From the NCBI RefSeq assembly GCF_964355755.1, contig NC_092680.1, positions 2,728,001-2,792,000 on the forward strand: a stretch of 64,000 bases of DNA, in the 5' to 3' direction. The position numbers and the translations under genes are program-made. The DNA comes from Antedon mediterranea. Lineage: Eukaryota; Animalia; Echinodermata. This document shows positions 1 to 13,624 of the stretch, in pieces; within the stretch, counting starts at the first letter, position 1, and every line of letters begins with the position of its first letter. The notes beneath the pieces were generated by a model, which saw only the letters and a program-made list of their open reading frames with translations, was not told the DNA's origin and did not search any database.

Positions 1-12
1 GGGTTCCCTTAC

Positions 13-504
13 CTTGTAGTACATTCCAAGCGCTCTCTGAAATGTCGCGCCGACGCCTTTTGTAAAAACCAGGACTTGTCGTTGGCGAGTTTACTTGAGT
101 TCTTTCTTTCTCCAATATATCTCCGATAATGTGTTCAAGTTCGTTAACTGTAATCTAAAATATATATTAATTATAAGTGGAGCAAAGATATTAAAAAAAA
201 ATTAACAAACATGGTTTTCAATTGTAGCTAAGGCTTGGTTCTGACTAGGATGTAACGCAAGGACGTAAGCGTAACGTCATTATGTCATTATGTGTGTAAT
301 ACATTGTAAGTTATAAGTTACCTTTAAATCAGCGACGCTTTTTTCCAAGTCAGAAATTCGATGCAGATGTTCATTTCTGGTGTAGATCTGCATCAATGAA
401 AATGCGAACGTCAGGGACACAACGAGAACGCCTACAAATACGGTGAGTCGACACACAGACAGTCGAGACTTGTCGTCTGCATTTGTCTCCATAATCTGCT
501 TCAT
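13..504 (-). CDS. 5' part of a type II single-pass membrane protein gene (exons 504-322 and 154-13; continues left of the window)
   Basis: Exon 1 encodes a hydrophobic segment (LTVFVGVLVVSLTFAFSLM) and a coiled-coil-like stretch. It splices GT-AG in frame to exon 2, which has a basic KRRRR/D furin-like site and ends LQ-G at a GTAAGG donor. This layout resembles shed transmembrane collagens or TNF/EDA-like proteins; the family cannot be fixed. Confidence 0.6.
231..280. mobile_element. Fragment of MITE family B (TIR GCTTGGTTCCCACTAG)
   Basis: ggcttggttctgactag...gtaacgcaaggacgtaag matches the end of the complete copies at 5939-6100 and 20342-20521. Confidence 0.55.
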
Positions 505-1329
505 TTTAATTTATACAGACAATAATATCGTAATATTTAATTTCTGAAACTGTTATTTAAGTATATACTTAACAGCCTCAGGGTTCTTTAAGCACTAAAC
601 CGGCATTTACGGAGTTTAGACATCTTATTAATATCACGTGATTAGTAATAAAAAGATGATACCCTGGAATTTTTGGGGGAAATTTTAGGTTTCAAATTAT
701 ATTTTGAAACTAATCGCGTGCAATATTGTTTCCTTATTGATATTCACATTTACTTTTTCCCATTAATTGTATATGCATAATATTATGATATCCAATGACA
801 TTATAGCAACAGTACACTTTAGTCGCATTGCCATATTTCCGATTTCAGGAACCTGTCCACTTGAGTGGTTTTATGGTGGAAGGAAAACATCATGATTCGA
901 TATAGATAGACAGAGGGCAAAATCATACGAAGTATTGAAATGAAAGGTCAGTAAGCCGACTCATAGCAACAACAAAATAATAAATATTATTTTTATATTA
1001 TTTTATAAAATTAAGTTATTATGACTTATGCTGGTTATTTTGCTCTGTATAATTTTGTTTATTCTGCAAATCTAAATTTCAGTAAATAAAAAAAAGATAG
1101 AAATTAATGTACAACACTGTTAATTGTAGGCCTTCACGCCATAATGTACACTCCCAGTCCTTCGATCCGCATGTCCTGGGAGAAAGTAAGCTGTGTGCGA
1201 CATACCTAGCTTCACGAGCCCAGCACAGGAAAACCAAAACATAATCTCTGTACCATTGTACTGATAACTTCATTTTTCAACCGAACATAACAGATGTATC
1301 TGTTTGTTATATTCTCACCCATCCATCTA

Positions 1330-1743
1330 GATTTTACATCTGTTGATAAAGTAAGTATTCAAATACCACGTGTTTCATGTTGACAAAAAAAAAACGATAT
1401 AAAAATAGCCCTTTGCCATACCTAATTAACCTGTTTAATAATATAGAATAATTACATTTAGCCAACGTTGCCGTCATCAACCAATGTGAAATAATAAACA
1501 AATAATACATAAGTTTTAATACAGATATTTTATTAGGCCATGATTCGTAACAATGTCTTTGATTTTTCAATGTTTTTCTCATTTTCATATTATGTACTTT
1601 ATCTAATTCCATTTTGATATAAGATGTTCTTTTTATGTGATAACTTTTTTATATGTGCAATATTTTGTAAAATTTTACACAATTTAGCCTTTGGCTACAA
1701 TGTAAATTTTCATTTTATTGAATAAAAACCTTGAATTGAATTG
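1330..1743 (+). mobile_element. Decayed LINE (L2/CR1-group) 3' end
   Basis: Small hairpin tagcctttggcta, then AATAAA and a (TTGAA)n tail at ~1730-1743. The 5' boundary is uncertain. Confidence 0.4.
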
Positions 1744-1767
1744 ACAACCCTATGAGAACGAAGCATT

Positions 1768-1905
1768 AAGCTCTGTCTACACTATCATCAAATCATCGGC
1801 AAATCAGTGTGATGTGCCCAAATATGGTAGTAATATACACAAATATAGAAGTGATATGACATCATCATGTCCATATATGGGCACACAACATTTTTATGTC
1901 AAATA
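1768..1905. mobile_element. MITE family A (TIR GCTCTGTCTACACTATCAAA, TAA/TTA flanks, PIF/Harbinger-like); about 13 copies in the window
   Basis: The same TIR and core (gtgatgtgcccaaatatggtagtgatatgacatcatcatgtccatatatgggcac) recur at ~8520-8655, 11661-11771, 19502-19660, 23004-23125, 23332-23460, 25255-25402, 32080-32186, 33009-33110, 35854-35960, 37580-37714, 38990-39270 and 62465-62570. Confidence 0.8.
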
Positions 1906-2434
1906 AAGAGATTTATACTGTATCATGACATTGCATGTGAATAAATACGAATTAACAAAAACATTATGTATACATTATAACATACTATTATTGAATTAAA
2001 CGAACATGAATAATGTATCTAAATATGTTTCTACTAAGATAAGCACACAAAGATCAATATTTTACCGACCAATAGATTTATAGTTATTTCTCTTAACTCC
2101 GTTAACATTCAGGTAATTCATGCTAATAGTCATATGTATTCAAATTCATAAGATGAGTTTACGACAGCGATATGAGAAATAGTGGGCGTGGCTCTATCGG
2201 CTGTTTACATTAATAGTGCATGGATACACAAATTATGATAGAAAAACGACAGACGTATTAAACATCTAATTAAACAACGTTGGATCCATGAACGTATAGT
2301 TGGAAAAGACTGTATATTCTCCGACACAAATTAATAGTCGAAGACGTGAATTTGATATTTTGTGCTGTAAACTCTAAGCCTCTGTTTCTAGTGTCTGACG
2401 ACGTACGTCATCAGGAGGACTGGGTGTGTTGGAC

Positions 2435-5235
2435 ATGACGACGATAGCGGCTGATTACCAGGCTAAAGCCGACAAATTATGTCAAACAGTCGACGATCTA
2501 ATGACAAGAGAAAATTGGGAGGTTGTAGAGGATAAGGTACGTATATGTTCACTCGTCAGTGATATGAGATCAGTAGATATTATGATGATCTATGGAAATG
2601 ATTATGATGATAATGATGGTGATGTTGATGATGCTGACGATGATGATGTCATGATAATAGTGAGGATGATGATGATGATCATAATAAGGGTAATGAGGAT
2701 GATGATTCTGCTGATGATGTCATGATACATAGTGATGATAATGAGGGTGATGACAATGATGGTGAGGATGATGGTGATGTTGATGATGCTGACGATGATG
2801 ATGTCATGATAATAGTGAGGATGATGATGATGATAATGAGGGTGATGAGGATGATGATGCTGATGACGATGATGTCATGATAATGTGAGGATGATGATGA
2901 TAATGAGGGTGATGATTATGATGGTGACGCTGCTGATGATGATGTCATGTTAATGGTGATGATGATAATGATGATAGTGAGGGTGATGACGATGGTGATG
3001 CTTCTGATGATGATTTTATATAGTAGGTATAGTATAGTAATGATAATGAGGATGATGTTTATGAGGATTGTGATTATGATGATGATGGTGATAATGTCAT
3101 GATGATAAGGTCATGTTTTAAATTGTTATTGATTTTATTTAACAGAATGGTGTTCTTATTGAGCGAATGAATTCTTCAAATTATGATGGCTACATGTAAG
3201 TATCTATGTTATAGTGTACTATATTGTTAATGTGAATGCTAAAATAGCTATTCATAGCCCGCATGATATGCTCGTGTTTTTTTCGTGTAAAGTTGAACTC
3301 GCGATGCAATTATAGATTAGTTATAAAACAATAAAGAAAAAAAAATCCCTTTAAAGCTATCTATTTCGTTTGTATAGTGAAATATGTTGGTGTGAAAATA
3401 AATACTCTAACGATATTTTATTTACTCTAGGTTCAAGATGACTTTTACGACAGATATGTCTATGAATGATTTTATGCTAGTAACCCAGCCGAGGGTGCTT
3501 GGAGGGGAGAGAGAAAAATGGGATACTGAAATGAAAAAGGTATCCATGGTAGAGGAAGTTACAGAGGTAATAAACACTGATATTTTTAAACAAAAATGAT
3601 GATGATGATAATGATGATGATGATGATGATAATGATGATGATGATAATGATGTATGATGAATGATGATGATGATGATAATGATGATGATAATGATGATGA
3701 TGATGATGTATGATGATGATCATGATGATGATGATGATTACGATGATAATCATGATAATAATGATGATAATAATAATGATGATGCTTTACATGCATATGA
3801 CGACGATAAAAACTGTGATTACAACGACAACATATTGATGACGAAACATGATCAATGACCAATGGAACATGTCGACAAACGGCATAAATAAAGTCATTTA
3901 ATGAATATAATTTGTTCTATTGTTAAAACTAGAATCTTAAAATTATTCGACAAGAGACGAATAAATTTGGTGTCGGTCTAGTTTCACCAAGAGAGTTCGT
4001 TGTGATGGCGTACAAGAAGACCATTCCAGAATCAAACACTTTAGTTCACGTGATGGAATCAGTAGAACATAATGAGTGTTCGGAAAAAGAAGACATCATT
4101 AGGGCGACCCGCTACCCTACTGGCATGCACATGTCAGTTGTTGATAATGGGTAAGTCGCTCGGTCATCTCTCTGTCTGGGTACCCTTCATGAAACGTCAC
4201 GAAATTAACATGAATATTCATTATGATGTGTGACGTAAGAATTTATCTAATTACAATTTAGGCCTTATTTATTTACTGCACATGTCAGTGGTTGATAATG
4301 GGTAAGTCTGTCGGTCATCTCTCTGTCTGGGTACCCTTCATGAAACGTCACGAAATTAACATGAATATTCATTATGATGTGTGACGTAAGAATTTATCTA
4401 ATTACAATTTAGGCCTTATTTATTTACTGCACATGTCAGTGGTTGATAATGGGTAAGTCTGTCCGGTCATCTCAGTCTTGGGACTCCTCATGAGACGTCA
4501 CAAAATAAACATGAATACTCATTATGAAGTGTGACGTAAGAATTGATCTAATTACAATTTAGGCCTTATTTATTTACTGCACATGTCAGTGGTTGATAAT
4601 GGGTAAGTCTGTCGGTCATCTCAGTCTGGGGACTCCTCATGAAATATCACAACTTACACATGAATATTCATTACGGAGTGTGACGTAAGGTGTGCAGATG
4701 GGTATATTGATAGCATTTCCATGCCATTAAATGACCCTTCAATAATCAATAAGTTAAAGTATCGGATTTCAAAAAAACACATTTGTTATCTTCTGTTATT
4801 ATTATGTTATAGGTCACTTACTACAGTAAAACTATTTTACATTTTTTAATTATTATTAGTACAAATGACTCCCCATGTGTATTTTGAAATATAAAAACAT
4901 GAAATGAAATCATTTTTATTATGATTCTGTATTTCTTTTTTTGCTTTTTTTGGTCTTCTGCGTTCTTTTTGTTGTTGTTTTAGTTGTTGACATTATCATA
5001 TTATCAAAGAAGAACATTTTTACTTGAAATGAAAGAGAATTAATTTGTTTCTCTAGCTTCTCTTTTTTTCTCTTTTAACAGTGGGACATCGTCTTTGAAA
5101 GTGGTTCAACTAAGTCAGGTGGACATGGGTGGACTTATTCCAATGTCTTTCTTCACGACACTTCTACCATTTATGGTCGTTGGCTTTCCAGAAGATCTAC
5201 GAAAATATCTAAAGATTATAAAGGGTCAAGCTTAA
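2435..5235 (+). CDS. START-domain lipid transfer protein, STARD4/5/6-like (exons 2435-2536, 3146-3195, 3431-3566, 3933-4150, 5082-5235)
   Basis: In-frame GT-AG splicing gives START motifs: ENWEVVED, REKWD, VSPREFV, SVEH..C...IIRA and QVDMGGLIP. TAA stop at 5233-5235. Confidence 0.85.
2580..3110. repeat. Degenerate (GAT)n microsatellite in START gene intron 1
   Basis: Long imperfect gatgatgat tract with internal higher-order duplications. Confidence 0.9.
3596..3790. repeat. (GAT/AAT)n microsatellite in START gene intron 3
   Basis: Visible trinucleotide tract. Confidence 0.9.
4127..4690 (+). repeat. ~151-bp tandem repeat (about 3.7 units) spanning the exon 4 / intron 4 boundary
   Basis: gcacatgtcagt(t/g)gttgataatgg|gtaagtc recurs at ~4127, 4278, 4429 and 4579. 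Confidence 0.9.
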
Positions 5236-5938
5236 ATCATGCTAGATGCTATGTGATGTGGTGCATGTAGGAGACTACAAACTACGCTGCAGTCCCAACG
5301 TTTGTTGTAGACCTAGTAGGCCTAGGCATGGGCCTGAAGAGGCCTTACACTTTGATATTTTCTCGCTTCATCAATTATTTGCTAGCCTATAAATGATGGT
5401 AATCTAAAGTCTAAATCCAAACCTCGTGTTTCAATAGGCCTGGAGTGATCAATATATTAAAGTTTAACTTCTCTTTATTACGTGTACTCATAAGAGCACC
5501 GTCCGATACTGTTGCAAGTTAGCGTCATGTTTAAAATGAAAAAAAAAATCTTTTTTTTTTCAAAACTGTTTTAACACTTTTAGCCATACTAATACTAGTT
5601 TAAAATAAATATCCAGTCCGAACACCAATGTACCATTTCACAGTTATCGGTACTCATCGAATAGCTATGATTAAAGCTATTGTTTCGGGCAAACCCTTGA
5701 TTAATGTTGGTGTTACTTGGAATATACGTTATATAATATACAATTCATTCTTTATTGTCAAAATATATTATTGCTTGGATTTTGCTAAAAAAATATAGTG
5801 GAGTTGTATATCGTCTTTTAAAACACTTAAAATACACTGCCAAAATAGAACTTGAAGTTGACTGTGAATATAACAATACGTAAGAATTAATGTTTAATTC
5901 ATTATTACAATGACGTACAAAGAAGTTTGAAGGCATTA

Positions 5939-6100
5939 TGCTTGGTTCCCACTAGAGAGGCGAAACACAATGACGTAACGCAACGTAAGGGATTTGGCCA
6001 ATCACAAGTGATATATTATTCGAAGCTGTCGCTTGTCATTGGTCAGCTCTTGCGTTGCGTCTATGTCCTTGCGTTCGTACGTCTACTAGTGGGAACCAAC
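5939..6100. mobile_element. MITE family B, palindromic (TIR GCTTGGTTCCCACTAG); other copies at 20342-20521, 61086-61289, 61952-62070
   Basis: gcttggttcccactag...ctagtgggaaccaa with internal acgcaacgcaag / cttgcgttgcgt inverted repeats; TAA/TTA-type flanks. Confidence 0.8.
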
Positions 6101-6247
6101 TAAGAGATTCCTTATCTATAAAAATAATCCATAATTTAATCGGCTATTAATTTAGCTAAGTTTGTAAATATGTTATTTACGTTTTTTATATACAAGTTTA
6201 TTCACTGTTTATATAGTTTAACGCTTCAAACATTCCAGATGTTTTAC

Positions 6248-6480
6248 TTGATTACTGATTACTATTATCGATTACTATTGATTGGTTGCTATTGATTAAT
6301 ATTTATTGATTACTATTGATTGGTTGCTTGCTATTGATTACTATTTATTTATTACTATTGATTGGTTGCCATGGATTACTATATTGATTACTATTGATTG
6401 GTTGCTTGCTATTGATTACTATTTATTTATTACTATTGATTGGTTGCTATTGATTAATATATTGATTACTATTGATTAGC
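6248..6480. repeat. ATTGATTACT-based minisatellite
   Basis: Repeated tattgattactattgattggttgc units. Confidence 0.85.
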
Positions 6481-7183
6481 ATTTTGTACATTTTTTATTC
6501 GTTTCTAGTTATCGTATATATTATCGTATTATATTACATAAACCAAAAAGGCCTAATATAAATGTTTCATATAGCTTATTTTATTGGTATTTATTATTTT
6601 ATTGTAAATTAAATTTCTTAATATATTAATTATTTTGCTATGGTTAGTTGGGGAATCGGTTGATGGGCAGTGGGCAGTGTGAAAGCTCCGTTTGAAACGT
6701 GTCTCATTAATTAATCAGAATGAACAATTTAATTCTAAAATTTGTATACAGTAATATATTTTAACTGTAATGTAGCCCTGTTGATTAGTTTATGGAAGCA
6801 TAATTATTGTAGACGTGTGCTTTTGCATAGTAAAAAACTGTGGCTATACGTATTAGCCGATATCTTGTTCCAAAGCTTTTTTTTGCTTCATGATACCGTT
6901 TTTTGAATACAATAAAAGAGAATGTATTAACCATTTGGTTTTTTACTGTTGTAAAGATAATTATATATCTGGAAAAACCTCGTACTGAAATATTATAATT
7001 TGTACTGTGCTTTTTCAGCCAATGAAGCCATCGTTTAGATAAAACTTATCAACGCCTACTCGCCATAGTATGGCGTTTGTAATTGGTCTACATTCCCGCT
7101 TGCGATACCGCCATTTTGGAATAATACAAAAGTCTTCAACGTGTGTTTTCGGTATTAATTGAAGTGTGTATAAAAATCTAGAT

Positions 7184-10100
7184 ATGGCTGACGAGGATAA
7201 TTCTACTAGTATCAAGGTTTGTTGGAAATTTAGAGAACATGTATTTATAGTAGTTAGCCATTTTCGTACATGAATTTCCAATTGTTAAACATGTTTTTGG
7301 CTGTGCGTGTCCCTCTAGCCGGCTGCATGTTGTTTTCGTCGACGGGCGGACAAGTAAGTTTGCACCGGGTACGCTGGTGGCGTACAGAGAGTAATCATAG
7401 GCTAGCCTCTAGTCACTAGTGGTACTTTATTAATATTATGAATCCGAGAATTGAATTGGCTATATTAATGCTAATATGGGATCCAAGCTACGATTGCCTA
7501 CGCATTATGGTTATTTAATATTTAATATAATTTTATTATTGATTTTATTTTTAATTTTATTTGGGTTTATTTAGAGAAAGAGGCTACTAGGCCTATATAG
7601 GCTAGTACTATCTAGTAAAAAAAGCCTATTCCATAGCATAGCCTACTGTAGTAGTAGCCAAACTAGGCTAGATCTACATATAGTTATGTAATTGTAGTGT
7701 AGGCCGAGTTTTGTAATGACATTTAATTTGTTGGCAAAAAATGTCATAGGCCTATTTATTTAATTTTTTTATTATATTACTTAGGTTGATGAAATCAAAT
7801 CACAAAATACAACTGATTTAAAAACAAATGGTGAAAATCCAGAAAAAGTTGTTACAAAGTCACCAGTAAAACAGTCGCCCATCAAACAAACGTCAGAAGC
7901 ATCAAAAGAGATACAATCAGAGCGGCATAAAGAAGAAGAAATACGAGATAAAGATAAAATGGAGGACCAGAATGTTGAGGAGGAAGAGGATGAAGAAAGT
8001 GACAGTGATGAAGAACTTCCATGTAACATTCATTTTATTGTACATTTTTTTAATAAAGAAACTTAAAGATGTATTGTTTCCCAAAATCATAAAAAAATTA
8101 AGTGAAGTCAGACTTTGAATAGGCCATTTTGCAGTGTTCAGGAAAAAAACGGAAACAAATTATGATTTCACTAAAACAACATAAACAGATTATTTTGTTT
8201 AATTTTCATAACAAAATAAATATGAATGAAAAGGAGGAAATGATCCTTGGCTAACCAGCTAGCTAGTTTCAAATTTGTTTAAGTAGCAATTGAACTGGAT
8301 GTATTGTACAGTATTGTTTTTATCTTGTGTTCAACAAAACATATTTTTTTGGTATTTCTAGTGGGATCTCTTGAAGGACCAGTCCAGATATTGGAAGGAA
8401 AACGAGAAAGAAAGAAAGTTGAGCGTTTAAGTTTAGAACAGAAAGAAACGACAGAAAAAAAGAAATTTGAAATAGTTGACGGCCAAGGGACAAAACTAGG
8501 TGAAATGGAAAGAGGTTAGTAAAACAGTGTGATGTGCCCATATATGGACGTGATGATGTCATATCACTACCATATTTGGGAATATCACTACCATATTTGG
8601 GCACATCACACTTTTTTTTTCTCAAAAACTAGTTTGATAGTGTAGACAGAGCTTAACATTGTGGCTAGCTTGATTTTGTAATTGCCAAATGTACATTAAA
8701 TCAGTTTTCTTACTTGGACGAGGTTACCAACATTATAGTTTGTCTGTAAAACCACTTTTCAAATTTGTTCATTGTTAGGTTGTCTTGCAGTGTTGCTATC
8801 AATGTGTACTGTATTTATACTAGAATAGTTTATTTTTTAAGCAGGCTAGCAAAATGGTAGAGAACTAGTCTATTACATACAGTACCTACTGTAGCTTACC
8901 TGGATAAACCAATATTAGCCCTTCTCTATGGAGTGAGAGAACAATATGAATACTTGTTCATTGAACGCCCCCTACTTAAACCCTACTTATTTATGTATTA
9001 CAGAAGATTAATTTGACTTATTTTTTTACAGTTGAAATGATCTTGGGAAAGACAAATGCAGATCAGTTGAAGCTATTCTACAGATTTTTATTTGGTAAAA
9101 CAGGCAAGGTAATATATAGTACCACACATTACTTATTGATAAATTTCATATTGGTCATTATTGCAAAATTTATCATAATATAACGTAGCCCGAAGGCTAA
9201 AACAACAATATTTACATAATTGATAAAGCATTATACAAGTATATAAAACATCAAAGTTAAGAAGCCATACCATACAAAAAATAAGCTAAAATTTGGGAGC
9301 ATGTCAATAATATTATACTGCATTTATTATATTTTGCTCTTTAACCTTTTTATGCAGTTAAATTTGTTTCAGTAATCAGTAATTTTTATTCTAACAACCT
9401 CTATAAAGCACACTTATTGTCCACTTGTCTAGCTAGGCTAGGCCTGCTATTGTGGCCTACAGTATCACTCACTCAGCATCATAGCCTATGGTAGTAGTAG
9501 TAGTAGTAGTAGGCCTAGCTAATGTACACTATGTAACAAACAATCGTATGATTTTCTTAATTTATGTGTCTTTATTCAGAGGTTTCGAATAAATAAACTT
9601 GATTTTTAAGCACTATACATATTTGATTTAACCCAATGTTTAAAAAAAAGTCTTTAAATGAATGGACCTTTTATAGATGTTTAATTTTTCTTTAGCTAAC
9701 AGAAATAAAGAAACACATTCGACTCTTTTCTGGATTCAATTTTATTGAGGACGATTCTGAATATAACAAAAAAGAACAGTACCTTGTGCGGTAAGTTTGA
9801 CTTTTGCTACTTTTTCCCCCCGAAAAATCAATGAAGCATGTAGTGTTGAAATTGAAATCATACATCAAATATTTATTAGGAACTAGATGCATTTATTAAA
9901 CTTTACTTGTTTACCTAGTGATATGAGAATATTTACTAACATTACAATTAGATGTATTTCTTTAATTGATTAATATTTTAAATAATTATTATTATTATTA
10001 TTCACTTTTATTTCAAATATCAAAAAATTGACCAAAATTACAACTCGTGGCTAAGAGCCAAATTGCGTGTAAAATATATGTCATATCAAAAATATAAATA

Positions 10101-13100
10101 TATATAAAAAAATATGAAAAAAAAAAAAAAAAAACAACAAAGAAGGGGAGAGCAGTCGCAAACTAGCAGGGGAGAAAATTAAGAATTCAGTAATTTGATG
10201 AAGTAGGGTATAGGGCTATTGGTAAATCTGGATGTTTTAGACGCTAGCTGGGTAATTTTGTTTTTATTTCTTAAATTCCTACCATGACAGCTATGTCTGG
10301 TCGGTGGGATTAAATCAGCTGTTTGTTTAATTTTGGGGAGATACTCAGCGAACTTGCGACAATGCTCCACCCTTCTTTGAGCCAAAGTCTCTAATTTAAG
10401 AAATTCAAGGGCACCAGAGTAAGAAAAGTAATCATTGCCTAACATTATACGGCAAGCCCTCTTTTGAACATTTTCAATACAATCGCTTAATCTACTAGAC
10501 AGGCCAGAATGCCAAACAACATCAGCATACTCAACAACTGGTCTAATGTAACCACAAAAGGTCAATTTAAGCTCTTCAATGTTAAAACCAAATCGTTTTA
10601 GTGATCGTAAAAAGAAAAGTTTCCTGGAAGCTTTAGTGATGATGGAATCAAATAAATATTTATTTATAAGAAAAATACATCAAATTACCAAAGGCAATGT
10701 TAAAATACTAATAAAATATTGCGAACGTTTTGAAATATTAATGATTTTGTTTTGTGTATACATTTTCTTTGTTTAGCTTGACGATGACAGCATTAAGAGA
10801 CTTTTGCAGTTATCTTGATTTAGAACGAGGCGGTAACAAAGAGATAGTTATGAAAAGGATAATGGATTTCTGTCTGAACCCCACACCATCTGGTAAAAAA
10901 ATACCAAAAAGTAAGTATTGGTTCAAAACACAATAGTAGAACCATTCCTTTGTTACACCCTTTCCAGTGAAACGTACGAATATGATTTAACACTTCAGCT
11001 AACCAATATTAAGATGACACCCCTAGTTGTGTCCCAAATGTTTCCCCTTAATAGGGGTCCTACATCTGCCATAAGAGCAGAGGAAAAAATGGTTCCTCAA
11101 ATTATGTGTTGCTAATATATATGATAACCCTTCATATTTGACGATCTTCATGAAAAAAAATGTATTTCAGGTTTCCATTGGAAAATAAGATTTAAACAAA
11201 AATTATTTTCTTTATGTCGTTTTTCTAACTTTGGTTTATCAGTCAGAGGAAAAATGGCAAAAGGCTTCCTACTTTCTAGGAGTTTTATCAGATAATCTAT
11301 ATTGTTTTAACAACTCTTGTAGCATGACCACAGTGCTGATTTTGATAGTAATTGGTTTTTCTTTTTCTTTTAGAAAAGAAGGCTCAGAAACGAAAGCGTT
11401 TATCATCTGGCAAGGAGAAAGCTGAAAAGAAGCCCAAAAAACAGAAAAAAGAAAAACCAGCAAAGACAGCAGAAGTAGTAGATGATGGAGATGTTAGTGA
11501 TATCAGTAGTATAAGTAGTATTAGCAGTGACAGTGAAGATGAAGAGAAGCCAACAGAAATAAAGAAACCTGAAAAGGCAGCTAAAAAGGTGGATAGTGAG
11601 GATGAAGAAGAAGTTAAGGTATTTGAAGATGTAACATAATAGAAAATATTATTATTGTCTAAAGCTCTGTCTACACTATCAAACAAGTTTGACAAAAAAA
11701 AGTGTGATGTGCCCAAATATGGTAGTGATATGATATCAACATTCGTTGTTACATAAAGTTAGACAGAGCTTAAAAAATACTATATGTTTAATTTATTATT
11801 TTCTAACAGCATGGTTGACTGTACATCTAATGTAAAGTTTTCTATCAGCATAGTTGACTGTGTGCCTACTTCTCTGTCCCGATAGACATTAATAATATAT
11901 TTATGTTTTTTTGTATTTTCACTTTGCAGTCTCCTAAAAAGAAAAAGGCCAAAGAAATGCCAAAAAAACCTACAACTCCCAAGAAAAAGGAGAAAGTAGA
12001 GAAAAAGAAACCTAAAGAGGAAAAGAAGAAGTCGCCCAAGAAACTAGAGACGCCGAAGAAGTCAGCATCGCCAAAGAAAGCTAAGAAGGTCAAAAAGAAG
12101 GAAGTTGGTATGTACAGTGGGCATGTTTATATAATACAGTATATCCTCGAGTATAATCCCACCCCCTACTTTATGTCTGATTTCACAAACAGACATATCC
12201 CCAGGTATAGTCCCAGTATTGACTTTTTGTCTGGATGTAGGCCTCTCTCTAGCTAGTTCAAATGAGTTTTTACAAGAAATGCTTACCAATCATTTTTTTT
12301 CCTGAACCAGGCTTTCCCTGGGTATAGTCCCACCGATTGACAAAATGATTTACTGTCATTTCCTCGTCCTTTGGATGGGATGTAAAGGCGTTGGTCCTGT
12401 GTAAATATAGTGCACGTGAAACAGCTACTGTAGGTAAACTATTCAAAAGGAGTAGTGGGTTGTTTCCTAGTGTGCTGTAAATGCCTGTTTGTTGCCTTTC
12501 AAACACAAACTTAACTTTGTTAATTTAATTATCTCTTTTCAGTGTCTTCAGACTCGGATAGTTCTGACAGTGAGCCAATTATTAAGAAGAAGAAAGCACC
12601 AACAGTAAGTATGCAAATGAGACAGAATTTTTTTAGAAACAATTTATCTTTTGCGTTTTAGTTCATTCTTAGTTTTGATTAATAACAAACCTGACCCTTG
12701 TATGTTTAGGGAACTAGCAATGAAGTGGAGTTGGTGGTTATGATGCTTGGCTACCAATCTGAAGGTCCTGGGTTCAAATCCTGTCATATATCAGGATTTT
12801 TTATAATGATAAATTACAACTCCACTCCCAAAGACTTGTAATAAGACTTTGTTTATGTAGAGCATCTTGTGTATATGTGAACGGTATTGCCACCTTTAAG
12901 AAGGATAGTGAATAAATTTGATCATGGTTATCCTTGGAAATTTAGGCGGTAGAGCTCTGACAACCTATATTGTAGAAATGTTATTGTACATTTTTTAAAT
13001 ACAACTAATAATTTTCCAATGTATATTTTGATAGGATAGTGAACTGAAAATAAAAATAGAAACGCTATTAGAAAATGCCAATCTTGAAGAAATAACGATG

Positions 13101-13624
13101 AAGGCTTTTTGCAAGCAAGTGTATGCTGAGTATCCAGACTTTGATTTAAAACACAAGAAAGAGTTTATAAAGACAACAGTAAAGACTGTAAGTTTGTATT
13201 TAAAATAGATATTTCATTAAAGATGTATTGTTCCCCCAAAACATGAAAAATGAAGAATAATAAAAATCAGACTTTAAATAGGACATTTTGCAGTTTTAAT
13301 ATAATTATTCACTTCTGTAAAAAAAAAAAAAAATTATTATTTTACATGTAAAAAGACAAAGAAACAATTAATTTTAACCAAAAAAGATTGTCTGACAATT
13401 TAAGTATTTTTTGCTTTGAATTCAATTTTTTTTCAGGTAAATATTTTCTTTAAATCCAGTGTTTGGTCAAAGTGAAAAACTGTTATATGACATTAAAATC
13501 GCATATTCAACATAAAATGTAAAAAAAAAATTGTAGGGGGATAATATATCTTTAAGCAATTTTCAATATTTGTTTTATTACTCATTTGTTATACTTTTTA
13601 TTCTATTTGCAGATTGTATCATGA
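7184..13624 (+). CDS. DEK: Chromatin protein DEK (exons ~7184-7216, 7785-8022, 8362-8514, 9032-9108, 9696-9790, 10777-10910, 11373-11618, 11930-12107, 12543-12604, 13035-13187, 13613-13624)
   Basis: ILEGKRERKKVERL motif, IKKHIRLFSGF, SAP-like LRDFCSYLDLERGGNKEIVMKRIMDF, K/E-rich linker, and DEK_C domain LLENANLEEITMKAFCKQVYAEYPDFDLKHKKEFIKTTVK. Confidence 0.93.
9985..10640 (-). mobile_element. 5'-truncated LINE (L2/CR1 group), RT C-terminus and 3' UTR, in a DEK intron
   Basis: ORF 10179-10565 has IRPVVEYADVVWH...IENVQKRACRI, typical of the region after the RT domain. The 3' end has a hairpin (tggctcttagcca), AATAAA and an (AAT)n tail. Confidence 0.85.
12345..12490 (+). mobile_element. SINE central-domain fragment (Deu/Nin-like)
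   Basis: ggatgggatgtaaag...ggtcctgtg...gcacgtgaaa...ctattcaaaaggagtag resembles the core of the SINE at 16115-16420. Confidence 0.5.
12718..12965 (+). mobile_element. tRNA-derived SINE (related fragment on the - strand at ~35530-35665)
   Basis: A-box-like tggagttggtgg and B-box ggttcaaatcc followed by a non-tRNA body; no acceptor stem. Confidence 0.6.
13221..13551. mobile_element. TTAA-flanked MITE (Kolobok-like); partial copy at ~8066-8230
   Basis: ttaa|agatgtattgttcccc ... ggggataatatatct|ttaa. Confidence 0.65.

Noticed and set aside
2537-3862. Poly-Met/Asp/His ORFs (tail of 2426-2725, 3422-3862, 3661-3858)
   Set aside because: These are translations of intronic (GAT)n microsatellites.
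12718-12790. Possible tRNA gene (also ~16340-16420)
   Set aside because: A and B boxes are present, but there is no acceptor stem or proper anticodon arm and the sequence continues into a SINE body.
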